DNA of 64,000 bases from Candidatus Uhrbacteria bacterium (lineage in GTDB: Bacteria > Patescibacteriota > Patescibacteriia > UBA9934 > GWF2-40-263). Positions within the stretch are counted from its first letter, which is position 1. Each line of letters opens with the position of its first letter. The DNA lies in the NCBI GenBank assembly GCA_037131775.1, contig JBAXQK010000003.1, positions 76,439 to 140,438 of the forward strand, given 5' to 3'. Positions 18,469-27,630 of this stretch are shown here, one piece after another. The notes under the pieces were generated by a model. The model was not told the DNA's origin, made no database searches, and saw only the letters and a program-made list of their open reading frames with translations. The translations under genes and the position numbers were made by a program.

Positions 18469-19383
18469 ATGATGGTGATGGAAGCATTGAAGTGGGCGAA
18501 CGAGACCCTGAAGCGGGGCGTGGACGGATCTGGGCTGGATTCGCCGATGCTGGACGCGGAGGTTCTTTTGGCCGCGTCGCTCGACGTGAACAAGGCGTGG
18601 CTGTTCACGCACCTCGACCGCGAGCTCAAGTCGCACGAGAACGACAAGTTCCGCGCGTTCGTAAAGCGACGGTCCACGGGCGAGCCGGTCGCGTACGTCA
18701 TCGGATACCGCGAGTTCTACAAGCGCCGCTTCGCCGTCAACCGCCACGTCCTCATCCCGCGTCCCGCGACCGAGATTCTCGTCGAGGCCGCCCTCCGTGT
18801 TGCCACCCAGCTCCCAAATACAAACGACCAAGAACAAACTACCTTGTTCTCCGATATTGGTACTGGCTCCGGCGCAATCGCGGTTACCCTCGCCGCGGAG
18901 TCCAGGGCACACGTCCTCGCGACCGACATGAGCAAAGAGGCGCTCGCCGTTGCCAAGTCGAACGCGGTCGCGCACAAGGTCGACGAGCTCGTCGATTTCC
19001 GCCATGGCAACCTCGTCGAGCCGGTCGTGAAGATCTTCGCCTCGCTCGGCAAGCAGTCGCCGTACCATCACCTGATCGTCTGCGCCAATCTCCCGTACCT
19101 CACCCAGCACCAGGTAGATGCCGCCCAGCGCGAGGTCCGCGACTTCGAGCCGCACGAGGCGCTCATCGCTGGCCAGGACGGGCTCGACGACTACTGGAAC
19201 CTCATCCGACTTCTGAAAAAGAACCGCTCCGTCCTCCCCGAGCGCGTCACGATCCTTCTCGAGATCGACCCGTCGCAGAACGCGCGGATCGTCGAGCTGA
19301 TCCGGCACGACTTCCCGCACGCGGAGCCGGCGATTACGAAGGATTTGGAAGGGTTTGATAGGGTCGTGACGGCGGAGATCTAA
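18469..19383 (+). CDS. prmC: release factor glutamine N5-methyltransferase
   Basis: 304 aa; SAM motif DIGTGSGAI; NPPY-variant CANLPYL. Confidence 0.85.
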   Translation: MMVMEALKWANETLKRGVDGSGLDSPMLDAEVLLAASLDVNKAWLFTHLDRELKSHENDKFRAFVKRRSTGEPVAYVIGYREFYKRRFAVNRHVLIPRPATEILVEAALRVATQLPNTNDQEQTTLFSDIGTGSGAIAVTLAAESRAHVLATDMSKEALAVAKSNAVAHKVDELVDFRHGNLVEPVVKIFASLGKQSPYHHLIVCANLPYLTQHQVDAAQREVRDFEPHEALIAGQDGLDDYWNLIRLLKKNRSVLPERVTILLEIDPSQNARIVELIRHDFPHAEPAITKDLEGFDRVVTAEI

Positions 19384-19425
19384 CGGAGAATAACCCGTTA
19401 CTTTGCCAGTCTCAGCAAAGATTTT

Positions 19426-19477
19426 AAAAAACCGCTCAACATACCTCGCAGCTGCGAGGTATGTTGAGCGGTTTTTT
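19426..19477. terminator. bidirectional terminator, perfect 20-bp palindrome flanked by A6/T6
   Basis: aaaaaa CCGCTCAACATACCTCGCAG|CTGCGAGGTATGTTGAGCGG tttttt. Confidence 0.85.
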
Positions 19478-19484
19478 ATTTCCA

Positions 19485-19513
19485 TTGACGATATCGGCCG
19501 TCATGAGTACTCT
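19485..19513 (+). promoter_or_regulatory. promoter TTGACG-17-TACTCT for the small charged-protein gene
   Basis: Spacing and hexamers as stated. The SD follows. Confidence 0.45.
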
Positions 19514-19537
19514 GTCGCGACACCCCAAGGAGTGCTC

Positions 19538-19816
19538 ATGGGAAAGTCCAAGCGTCGCGACGACGATGACGTCGAAGCGAGATCCGAGCGCCAACCTCTT
19601 CCGCCGCTTGATCCGAAAAAGTCAGAAGCGCGGGAACAGCGCTGGAGAGACGAAATCGCCCGCGTCGGCCGCGGAGACCGTCACGGAGGCGTCTACTACG
19701 TCGGCAACTACGACCATGACGGCAACGAACTCTTTGGAGACGAGCTCGCCGCCCGCGACGCACGCCATACGCGCGACGATGACGACAACCTTCTCTTTCG
19801 CGACACAAACGACTGA
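19538..19816 (+). CDS. small highly charged protein (93 aa), unknown function
   Basis: MGKSKRRDDDDVEARSERQ... Perfect SD AAGGAG 6 nt upstream. Own promoter and terminator. Confidence 0.6.
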   Translation: MGKSKRRDDDDVEARSERQPLPPLDPKKSEAREQRWRDEIARVGRGDRHGGVYYVGNYDHDGNELFGDELAARDARHTRDDDDNLLFRDTND

Positions 19817-19821
19817 CATCT

Positions 19822-19849
19822 CCGCCAGAACTTGGCGGTTTTTTATTTT
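19822..19849 (+). terminator. terminator after the small charged-protein gene (cassette copy A)
   Basis: CCGCCA gaact TGGCGG + TTTTTTATTTTCCA. Confidence 0.8.
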
Positions 19850-19850
19850 C

Positions 19851-19881
19851 CAACGAAAAAGCCGGACGAACTTCGCCCGGC
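19851..19881 (-). terminator. terminator for the DUF3048-like gene
   Basis: Minus RNA GCCGGGCGAAGUUCGUCCGGC, then UUUUUCGUUGG. Confidence 0.6.
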
Positions 19882-19884
19882 CTC

Positions 19885-19932
19885 GTCGCGACGACCACCC
19901 CTGTCCCCTCCTGCCTATCAGGAGGGGGAACG
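19885..19932 (+). repeat. palindromic repeat element P, copy 3 (inverse orientation, compensatory C/G swap)
   Basis: gtcgcgacgaccacccctgtCCCCTCCTGcctatCAGGAGGGGgaacg. This is the reverse complement of copy 1 except for a compensated stem position. Confidence 0.85.
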
Positions 19933-19934
19933 TT

Positions 19935-21050
19935 TTAGGGGGAGGACTCGGCCACCGTTACGTCGCTCTCGTCCGCCGCGACCTCGATCCAGGAGTTTCC
20001 CGCGTTCATCGCGATCTCCCTCCCGTCCTTGTCGTAGAACGCAAGTCGCTCGCTCGCGGACTGTTTCTTCCAGGTCGCGTCGATCGTCGCGCCGTCCTGG
20101 AGAACCCACGCCTTCCCTTCTCCCGTCGTGCGGATCTTGCGCCGTCCGACCGCGTCGAGGACCGACACGTCAGTGACGATCACCGCGACGTTATTCGCCG
20201 AGACGCGCGTGCCGTCCTGCGTGACAGTCTTGCGGCCGCCTTGGGCGCGGAGATAGGTATTCGTCGCGGTATCGTATGTCCACATTGCGACGTAGAGGTC
20301 GGAATTGAATCGGACGGAGATCGAGTTCTGCCAGACGGCGTCGGGCGCGGCGTCGGTCGACCCCGGCGTGACGAACGTCTTGGCGCCGTCCTTGAACTTC
20401 CACACCCCGTACAGCACGTCCGACGCCGTTCCCTTCTCCTCGGCCTTCGCAACCGCGGCCGCGAGCAGGTCCGTCGACGTGTAGGCATTGTGCGGCGCCG
20501 ATCTGTCGGCGGACCTCCAGAAGCTGTTGCCGTGGGAGAATTCGTTCAGGTCAAACGTTCCCGTCGAGCCGATGAGCGCGAGGGCGTCGTTGGAACCGCC
20601 GACGTGGGCGTAGAGCGCGTCGAACTCGCTGGCCCAGTCGACGAAGTACGGCCGGGCCGATCGGACGGGACCGATCTTGTCGACCTTGGCGTCGGCCGAG
20701 AAGAACGCCTCGAACCTCGGGATCGCGGCCTCGACCGGCGCCTCGATGACGAGGAAGGCTTTGTCGATGCCGCTCTGGGGCCAGGCATCGACGGAATTAT
20801 CGATCATGACGGCGTAAACGCGAGGGAGAATGTCGACGGGCTCGACGATCGGGAGACCGGTGAGGACGTCCCGGAATGTCGGTTCGGACGGGGCGATGAC
20901 CTCACCCTGTCCCTCTCCTTTTGAAGGAGAGGGGAGCTCGGCGAGCGGGGTGACGTGCCAACGCCATGCGATGAAAACAAACGCAAGCGCCAGAATGATG
21001 GCGCCTGCGATTGCGTGCTTGCGGGTGAATTTACTTTTTGGCCGGGGCAT
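19935..21050 (-). CDS. secreted/membrane-anchored protein, DUF3048(YerB)-like
   Basis: N-terminal signal anchor KHAIAGAIILALAFVFIAWRW. The track start 21131 overlaps rplY; a later Met (about 21050) is more likely. Confidence 0.55.
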   Translation of the reverse strand: MPRPKSKFTRKHAIAGAIILALAFVFIAWRWHVTPLAELPSPSKGEGQGEVIAPSEPTFRDVLTGLPIVEPVDILPRVYAVMIDNSVDAWPQSGIDKAFLVIEAPVEAAIPRFEAFFSADAKVDKIGPVRSARPYFVDWASEFDALYAHVGGSNDALALIGSTGTFDLNEFSHGNSFWRSADRSAPHNAYTSTDLLAAAVAKAEEKGTASDVLYGVWKFKDGAKTFVTPGSTDAAPDAVWQNSISVRFNSDLYVAMWTYDTATNTYLRAQGGRKTVTQDGTRVSANNVAVIVTDVSVLDAVGRRKIRTTGEGKAWVLQDGATIDATWKKQSASERLAFYDKDGREIAMNAGNSWIEVAADESDVTVAESSP

Positions 21051-21723
21051 CTTTCTTGGCATCCTTTCCTTCCGCGTCATCGCCGGCCTTCTTGGCCTTC
21101 TCAACCTTCTCGATGGCCGTGACGTCGACAACGACCTTCTTCGTCAGCTCGTCCATCTCGGCGTCGGAACGCGGGGCGGCCACGAGGGCGACCACGGCGT
21201 TCTCGTCCTCGAGAACCTCGACGGCCTTGGAGATGTTCAGGTCCTTCACCTTGATGACGTCGTCGAACGTGGCGAGCGCGGAGATGTCCACCTCGATGAA
21301 CGAGAGGAGATCGCCCGGGAGCGCCTTGATGCGCACCTCGTCCATCGGCTTCACGAGCGTACCGCCCAGGCCCTTGACGGCCGGCGACTCGCCCAGGAAG
21401 TGAAGCTTTACCTCGGCCTCGATCTTCTTCGTCATGTCGACGGCGCGGAAGTCCACGTGCGTGAACTCGTCGCGGAGCGGATCGGTCTGCGTGGCCTGGA
21501 TCAGCACGTGCAGGTCCTTGGCGCCATCGACGGAAAGCTCGACGATCGTCGATTCTCCGGCGCTCTTGAGCACCTTGGCGAACTCATTGTGCACCACCTG
21601 GATGTTGAGCGGCTCCATGCCGGCGCCGTAAACGACGGCCGGAATGACGCCCTCGTTGCGGATGTGGTAGTTCTTGCGACCCATGTGGACGCGCTTCTGT
21701 GCCGAAAGGATTGTTTTATCCAT
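21031..21723 (-). CDS. rplY: 50S ribosomal protein L25 / general stress protein Ctc, with K-rich tail
   Basis: MDKTILSAQKRVHMGRKNYHIRNEGVIPAVVYGAGMEPLNIQV... matches the Ctc/TL5 family. ATG 21721-21723. Confidence 0.85.
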   Translation of the reverse strand: MDKTILSAQKRVHMGRKNYHIRNEGVIPAVVYGAGMEPLNIQVVHNEFAKVLKSAGESTIVELSVDGAKDLHVLIQATQTDPLRDEFTHVDFRAVDMTKKIEAEVKLHFLGESPAVKGLGGTLVKPMDEVRIKALPGDLLSFIEVDISALATFDDVIKVKDLNISKAVEVLEDENAVVALVAAPRSDAEMDELTKKVVVDVTAIEKVEKAKKAGDDAEGKDAKKDAPAKK

Positions 21724-21774
21724 ACAAAATACAGGCGAATAACGCCCGTATTGTGCTTGAAAGGCCAATTATTG

Positions 21775-22164
21775 TCAAGGACGAACGGATCGGCGGGCTT
21801 TGACGGAGACCTTTGCGTGCGTTCGGCGCTTCCGAAGAGGGACCGAGAAAAGGTCTGTCAGGGCCGTTCCGAGCGCTTTGTGGACGTCGATCACGTCGTC
21901 GGTACTCACGCGACGGCTCCGGTGCAGCCGCATCACGTCATCGTGCGTGAGATCCGTCACCATCCCCACGGAACTGGCTCCTGAAGGATTCTCCAAAATC
22001 AACGAGAGCGTGGCTCCGCCGCACTTCTTGCAGGTGACGTGAATGAGCCGGGTCTCCCCTTCCTCGGCCAGCAGCCGCGCGTTGCCGTTGGCATACCGGG
22101 TCTCGCACAGCGGGCAGTAGGACACGAGGCGGAGGGAATCATGGTTGAGAGGCGAGGGTTTCAT
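21775..22164 (-). CDS. small zinc-ribbon protein (CPLC...CKKC), unknown function
   Basis: MKPSPLNHDSLRLVSYCPLCETRYANG...HVTCKKCGG. ATG 22162-22164. Confidence 0.55.
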   Translation of the reverse strand: MKPSPLNHDSLRLVSYCPLCETRYANGNARLLAEEGETRLIHVTCKKCGGATLSLILENPSGASSVGMVTDLTHDDVMRLHRSRRVSTDDVIDVHKALGTALTDLFSVPLRKRRTHAKVSVKARRSVRP

Positions 22165-22213
22165 ATGGGTAACATTAGCACGAGATGAGGCAAAAGGTAA
22201 AATAACCATTTGC

Positions 22214-23320
22214 CTATCCATTCCCACGCTCCCGCATCGCCACGCTTTCGACGATTCCGAGCATGAGAAGCGTGAAGACGAGCGACGATCCGCCATAGCT
22301 GACAAGCGGCAGGGCCACGCCCGTAACCGGCAGAACCCCCAGGTTCATGCCCGCGTTGATAAAGAACTGCACGAACAGGACGGCGCCGATGCCAATGAGG
22401 AGAAATCCGGTGAAATCATCGTTCGTCTTCTTCGCGATGCGCCAGACGCGGAAGAATAGGACGAGGAACGCCCCAAGAAGAAGCGCGACGCCAAAAAAGC
22501 CGAGCTCCTCCGCGATCACGGAGAAGATGAAGTCCGTCTGGCTTTCTGGGAGGAACTTCAGCTGGCTCTGCGATCCGAACCCGAGTCCGCTTCCGAACCA
22601 ACCCCCGGCTCCGACCGCGATCATGGCCTGGGCCACGTTGTACCCCTGTCCGAGCGGATCGGCAGTCGGGTCGGCGAACGTAAGAATGCGGTCCTTCTGA
22701 TATGGCGCAAGCAGGAACTGCCAGGCGACCGCGCCGACGATCGCCGCGACGACCGCGAGCGCGACGAGCTGACGTCTCTTGATTCCCGCGAACAGAACGA
22801 GGATTCCCCACATGCCCATGAGCAGCACTGCCGAGCCAAGGTCCGGCTGAAGGAGGACGAGGCCTACAGGAACCGCGGTAAGCGCTCCGCTCTCGATGAG
22901 TTCCCGCCATCCGAACTCGAGGCGCGCGCGGCGGCTGAAGTACGCCGCCAGCGCGACGGCGAGGGCTAGCTTCATGAACTCGACCGGCTGGAAGCTGAAA
23001 CCCGCGACCGCGTACCAGCCCTTGGTTCCGTTGACGGTCGCGCCGAAAACGAGCACGCCGCCGAGCAGGGACAGGCCCGCGGCGTACAGCACGGTCGCGT
23101 AGTTACGCAGGAGATGATAGTTGGAACAGGCGATCAGCAAAAAGAGCGTCGCGCCGATAACGGCCGATGCTCCCTGCTTCTGGATGTTCAGGAAGTCCGT
23201 CGTCCCGTGCGAAAGCTCCACCGAATAGATGGCGGCCAGCCCGAACGAGACGAGCGTAAACGCCGCGAGGATGAGAATCCAGTCGGCGGAACGAAGTTGT
23301 CGAAAAAAATCGAGGCGCAT
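22214..23320 (-). CDS. ftsW: SEDS-family peptidoglycan glycosyltransferase (FtsW/RodA)
   Basis: 368 aa, about 10 TM; ...PLVSYGGSSL... family signature. Confidence 0.85.
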   Translation of the reverse strand: MRLDFFRQLRSADWILILAAFTLVSFGLAAIYSVELSHGTTDFLNIQKQGASAVIGATLFLLIACSNYHLLRNYATVLYAAGLSLLGGVLVFGATVNGTKGWYAVAGFSFQPVEFMKLALAVALAAYFSRRARLEFGWRELIESGALTAVPVGLVLLQPDLGSAVLLMGMWGILVLFAGIKRRQLVALAVVAAIVGAVAWQFLLAPYQKDRILTFADPTADPLGQGYNVAQAMIAVGAGGWFGSGLGFGSQSQLKFLPESQTDFIFSVIAEELGFFGVALLLGAFLVLFFRVWRIAKKTNDDFTGFLLIGIGAVLFVQFFINAGMNLGVLPVTGVALPLVSYGGSSLVFTLLMLGIVESVAMRERGNG

Positions 23321-23328
23321 GTGGAGGA

Positions 23329-23402
23329 TTGTAGGATAGTAGGAATGTAGCGCAGTAGGGGAAAAAACGCTACTTACCTACCGCCCTACCATCCTACCTC
23401 CT
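23329..23402. repeat. inverted array of tandem 8-nt repeats (GTAGGnnn x4 / nnnCCTAC x4)
   Basis: GTAGGATA GTAGGAAT GTAGCGCA GTAGGGGA aaaaacgctactta CCTACCGC CCTACCAT CCTACCTC. Lies between the stop of 23394..24317 and the ftsW start. Confidence 0.8.
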
Positions 23403-24317
23403 CAGCTGAACCCGCGTTCGCGTGTCCTCGGTCGTTTCCCCGGCCAGCGCCTTGTACGACGCCATGTCAAACGGATTGACCTCCGTGATCACCTGCACCT
23501 TGTTCGCACTCGGGATCGGCCCGAACCAGTTGACGGTCACGTCCTGCGACTCCCCGGCGTCGATCGAGGAGAGCGTCGTCCCGGTCACCCCGACGATGGT
23601 CGGCCCGCGCATGAGCAGGATGGTGAGCGTCGGGTCGTAGTAACCGTAGGCAGTCGCGTTCCGAACCGTAAACGAGATCCGACCCACCGGCTTCTTGTCG
23701 ATCTCAATCGACGCGAACGCGGCGTTCGTTACCTCGAACCCCACGCGGTTCGCGATCCAGTCCGAAGGCTCGCCGGTCTCATGATGGTCGATGTGATGCC
23801 ACGCGACGTTTGAGAGCGCCAACGACAAGCTGCGCGGCGGCGTCGCGGACGCAACCGCGTACGCGGCCAGCGACTTGTCCGAGTTCGGCAGTACGTACCC
23901 CTTCGCCTCCGCGGTCGCCCCGGCGGTCGACTCAAAGACATACGTGTACTCCGCCCACCAGTCCCGGTTCGGATTCGTAATCGTCGCATACAGATCGTAC
24001 TTCCCTTCCGAGGAGATCGTCGCGATCGGCGTGACGGCCTTCAGATTCTTCGCCGCCCGTGCCGTCGCGTACCCATGCAGGTCGCTCTGGCCGTAAGAAG
24101 CCATCTCAAGCACGGATCGCGTCTCGTCTGCGTATCGCACAAGGTACGCGTCTACGAACGCCCATCCCGCAAACGCAACGAACAGCGCGTCCACCAAGAC
24201 GAACGCGACAATCCCCGCCCGCCGCAACCCGTCGCGGTGCTCGATCCACCATTTCGACTTCTTATACTGCTTCTGATAATCCTTCTCCGCCTCCAGAAGA
24301 ACGTTCTCTGTCTCCAT
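23394..24317 (-). CDS. membrane-anchored hypothetical protein
   Basis: METENVLLEAEKDYQKQYKKSKWWIEHRDGLRRAGIVAFVLVDALFVAFAGWAF... ATG 24315-24317. Confidence 0.55.
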   Translation of the reverse strand: METENVLLEAEKDYQKQYKKSKWWIEHRDGLRRAGIVAFVLVDALFVAFAGWAFVDAYLVRYADETRSVLEMASYGQSDLHGYATARAAKNLKAVTPIATISSEGKYDLYATITNPNRDWWAEYTYVFESTAGATAEAKGYVLPNSDKSLAAYAVASATPPRSLSLALSNVAWHHIDHHETGEPSDWIANRVGFEVTNAAFASIEIDKKPVGRISFTVRNATAYGYYDPTLTILLMRGPTIVGVTGTTLSSIDAGESQDVTVNWFGPIPSANKVQVITEVNPFDMASYKALAGETTEDTRTRVQLRR

Positions 24318-24460
24318 ACGAGGGACAGTATACCAGATCCCATTGACGAACGCCCGATTTTCTGCTTGAATGCCAGCTCCGAGCCATCCCGGCACGGAGA
24401 TCAGGCAACTGCCGCCAGCGGGGTAGAACCCAAGGCGGCTCCCGTAGAACGGAGTACGAG

Positions 24461-25423
24461 ATGGAAAGACGGCTCTTCGACAAGCCCATGAGCGAGCTAC
24501 GCGAGGCATTCGTCCGCGCGCGGTTCGCGGAACCCAAGATGTTCGGCAGCCCTGACGTCGAGTCGACGTCTATCTGGGTCAACGCCCCGGCCTTCCACGC
24601 ATGGCTCAAGGCGAACTGGAACGGCAACGATGTTGTTGATGGATACGCGGCGGTTCTCGAACGCGTGGCGACGCGTGCATCCCGAGACGAAGTTCTCCGC
24701 TCGCTTCCAGATATGAAGTGCCTCGAAACGGCTCGCACCCTTCTCGGCAGCCTGGACGCCGACACGTCGCTCTATCACAGTCCTTTCTCGAAAACGGTCG
24801 TTCTCGTTCGCGACCATACCGTCCTCACGCTGTCACCAAATACACCGGAAGAGATCGACATCAGCGTCCGTCCTGCCAGCGTCTTCGACGTTTGTTGGGT
24901 CGTATCCACTGAGAGGTTACACGGCAGACCGAAAGCTGAAGCCGCGCTCGCCTGGCTCAGGCAGCAGTATGCTGCCGCGATCCTGTCCGTCCGCGAGTCC
25001 GCCGAGCGCGACTTCGACGAGGCGGTCGCGGTCAGCGCCTACGGGACGAAGATCGTGAAGGCGAAGTGGGTGATCGCCGTACACGTCGAGCGCAACGGCG
25101 TGGCGTGGCTCTTCCCCGCTTCCGCGTTCCGCGAGAACAAGGTTCGGCTCCGCCAAGACGTCGAATTCGATCGACAGAACGTTCGGCAGCTCAACCACTT
25201 CGACCCCAAGCAGTTCCAGGCGTACATGACGAAAGACCCAACCAAGTCGTTCCTCGAGGACGCTCGACACACGCTCCTTCGCGCCATGTTCGAAAGGAAA
25301 TCGTACGCGCAGCGCCTGATCACGATCGATGACCGCGTCATCAAGGACTTTGGAAGCGTCCTCGTCGCGAACGTCACTGACTGCCCCTCCCCGCTCCCCT
25401 CCGGCAGCCGTATTCCCAGCTGA
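24461..25423 (+). CDS. hypothetical protein (320 aa)
   Basis: GC3-rich. Followed by a clean terminator. Confidence 0.55.
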   Translation: MERRLFDKPMSELREAFVRARFAEPKMFGSPDVESTSIWVNAPAFHAWLKANWNGNDVVDGYAAVLERVATRASRDEVLRSLPDMKCLETARTLLGSLDADTSLYHSPFSKTVVLVRDHTVLTLSPNTPEEIDISVRPASVFDVCWVVSTERLHGRPKAEAALAWLRQQYAAAILSVRESAERDFDEAVAVSAYGTKIVKAKWVIAVHVERNGVAWLFPASAFRENKVRLRQDVEFDRQNVRQLNHFDPKQFQAYMTKDPTKSFLEDARHTLLRAMFERKSYAQRLITIDDRVIKDFGSVLVANVTDCPSPLPSGSRIPS

Positions 25424-25433
25424 CCGTAGACAA

Positions 25434-25462
25434 CCGCCACCCTGGCGGTTTTTTCATTTTCC
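25434..25462 (+). terminator. terminator after 24461..25423 (cassette copy B)
   Basis: CCGCCA ccc TGGCGG + TTTTTTCATTTTCCA. Same stem and tail as 19822-19849. Confidence 0.8.
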
Positions 25463-25538
25463 ATCCCTTCCCTTGACCCGATTCCGTTGAACGGGAACGC
25501 CAACCATGATACTATTTCTTCGAAATTTCCTCCCCATT

Positions 25539-27590
25539 ATGGCTGACAAAAAACCGCAGAAGACCGGAGAATACTCCGCGAATCAGATCCAGGTCCTCGA
25601 AGGACTCGATCCTGTCCGCAAGCGCCCTGGCATGTACATCGGCTCGACTGGTCCCGCCGGTCTTCACCACCTCGTGTGGGAAGTCGTCGACAACTCGGTC
25701 GACGAGGCGATGGCCGGGCATGGGAACGAGATCGTCACGACGTTGAACGACGACGGGACCGTCTCGGTCACGGACTTTGGGCGTGGCATTCCGGTGGACA
25801 TGCATCCGCAGTTCAAAGTGTCCGCGCTCGAGCTCGTGCTCACGAAGCTGCATGCCGGCGGAAAGTTCGGCGGCGGCGGATACAAGGTCTCCGGAGGTCT
25901 GCACGGCGTCGGCGTCTCGGTCGTGAACGCGCTTTCGAGCTACGTCCGCGCCGAGGTGAAGCGCGACGGAAAGCTGTGGATGCAGGAGTACGCGTTTGGA
26001 AAGCCGCAGGCGAAGGTGAAGGAAATCGGCAATGCGCGCGGAACCGGGACGACGATCACGTTCAAGCCGGACCCGACCATCTTCGAGACGGTCGAGTTCG
26101 ACCTCCAGACGATCCTCGACCACCTGCGCCAGCACGCGTACCTCACGAAGGGCGTGAAGTTCGTGATCATCGACAACCGCGTGAAGTCCGCCACGTCGGG
26201 ATACGGCTTCTACTTCGAGGGCGGCGTCGCCTCGTTCGTGCGCCACATCAACCACGGCAAGTCCGTGAAGAACACCAACGTCTTCTACGTCTCGAAGCAC
26301 GACGACGCGGCCGACATGGACGTCGAGGTCGCGCTCCAGTACACCGACGAGTACCACGAGTCCGTGTTCTGCTTCGCCAACAACATCACCAACCCGGAGG
26401 GAGGCTCCCACCTGGTGGGCTTCCGCGCCGCGCTCACCCGCGAGCTGAACAACTACGCCCGCGCCAAGGGTTTCCTACGCGAGAAGGACGCGAACCTCAC
26501 GGGCGAGGACGTGCGCGAGGGATGCACCACGGTCATCAGCGTGAAGATCAAGGATCCGCAGTTCGAGGGACAGACCAAGGCCAAGCTCGGCAACCCCGAG
26601 GCGCGCACGGCCGTCGAGGCGATCTTCGGCGAGGCGTTCAAGGTGTTCCTCGAGGAGCACCCGCGCGACGGCGAGGCGATCATCGGCAAGTGCGTCCTCG
26701 CCTCGCAGGCCCGCGCCGCGGCACGCGCGGCACGCGACACCGTGTTGCGAAAGGGCGCGTTCGAGGGGCTGACGCTCCCGGGCAAGCTCAGCGACTGCTC
26801 AAGCAAGGATCCGTCCATCTCGGAGCTGTACCTCGTGGAGGGAGACTCCGCAGGAGGCAGCGCCAAGCAGGGACGCAACCGCGAGAACCAGGCGATCCTT
26901 CCGCTGCGCGGAAAGATCCTCAACGTGGAGCGCGCGCGGCTCGACAAGATGCTCGCGAACAACGAGATCAAGTCGCTCGTGATCGCGCTCGGCACCAACA
27001 TCGGCGAGATGTTCAACATCGCCGACCTGCGCTACGACCGCGTCATCATCATGACCGACGCCGACGTCGATGGCGCCCACATCCGCACGCTGCTGTTGAC
27101 GCTCTTCTACCGCTACTTCCCCGAGCTCATCAAGCAGAACCACATCTACATCGCCCAGCCGCCGCTGTTCCGCATCGCGGTTGGAAAGGAATTCAAGTAC
27201 GTCTTTACCGAGGAAGAAAAGCAGGCGGCGATCGACGAGCTGACGAAGGGACGAGGGATGGCGGGAGCCGTCGAGTCCAAGTCCTCCGCGAAGGCAGCCA
27301 AGGTGGAACCGACGCCGGAGGAGGCCGAGGAAAGCCCAGACGGCGCGCAGGCGCTCATCGTGGGTGGCATGAAGGTGAATGTCCAGCGCTATAAGGGTCT
27401 CGGTGAGATGAACCCGGAACAGCTCTGGGAGACGACGATGGACCCGGTCACCCGCGTCATGAAGCTCGTCACCATCGAGGACGCCGAAAAGGCCGACAAC
27501 GTCTTCGACGTATTGATGGGCGAGGACGTGGCCGCGAGAAAGCACTTCATCCAGACGCACGCGAAGAGCGTGCAGAACCTCGATATCTAG
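25539..27590 (+). CDS. gyrB: DNA gyrase subunit B
   Basis: MADKKPQKTGEYSANQIQVLEGLDPVRKRPGMYIGST...; 683 aa. Confidence 0.95.
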   Translation: MADKKPQKTGEYSANQIQVLEGLDPVRKRPGMYIGSTGPAGLHHLVWEVVDNSVDEAMAGHGNEIVTTLNDDGTVSVTDFGRGIPVDMHPQFKVSALELVLTKLHAGGKFGGGGYKVSGGLHGVGVSVVNALSSYVRAEVKRDGKLWMQEYAFGKPQAKVKEIGNARGTGTTITFKPDPTIFETVEFDLQTILDHLRQHAYLTKGVKFVIIDNRVKSATSGYGFYFEGGVASFVRHINHGKSVKNTNVFYVSKHDDAADMDVEVALQYTDEYHESVFCFANNITNPEGGSHLVGFRAALTRELNNYARAKGFLREKDANLTGEDVREGCTTVISVKIKDPQFEGQTKAKLGNPEARTAVEAIFGEAFKVFLEEHPRDGEAIIGKCVLASQARAAARAARDTVLRKGAFEGLTLPGKLSDCSSKDPSISELYLVEGDSAGGSAKQGRNRENQAILPLRGKILNVERARLDKMLANNEIKSLVIALGTNIGEMFNIADLRYDRVIIMTDADVDGAHIRTLLLTLFYRYFPELIKQNHIYIAQPPLFRIAVGKEFKYVFTEEEKQAAIDELTKGRGMAGAVESKSSAKAAKVEPTPEEAEESPDGAQALIVGGMKVNVQRYKGLGEMNPEQLWETTMDPVTRVMKLVTIEDAEKADNVFDVLMGEDVAARKHFIQTHAKSVQNLDI

Positions 27591-27602
27591 AGAAAAATGT
27601 GA

Positions 27603-27630
27603 GACGAGCCTTGACGAAGGCTCGTTTTTC
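27603..27630 (+). terminator. terminator after gyrB; loop doubles as a -35 box
   Basis: ACGAGCCUU gacg AAGGCUCGU + UUUUUC. Confidence 0.8.

Noticed and set aside
25469-25514. gyrB promoter call
   Set aside because: TTGACC at 25473 has no -10 at 17 nt; the alternative TTGAAC-15/16-GATACT has suboptimal spacing. Too ambiguous to list.
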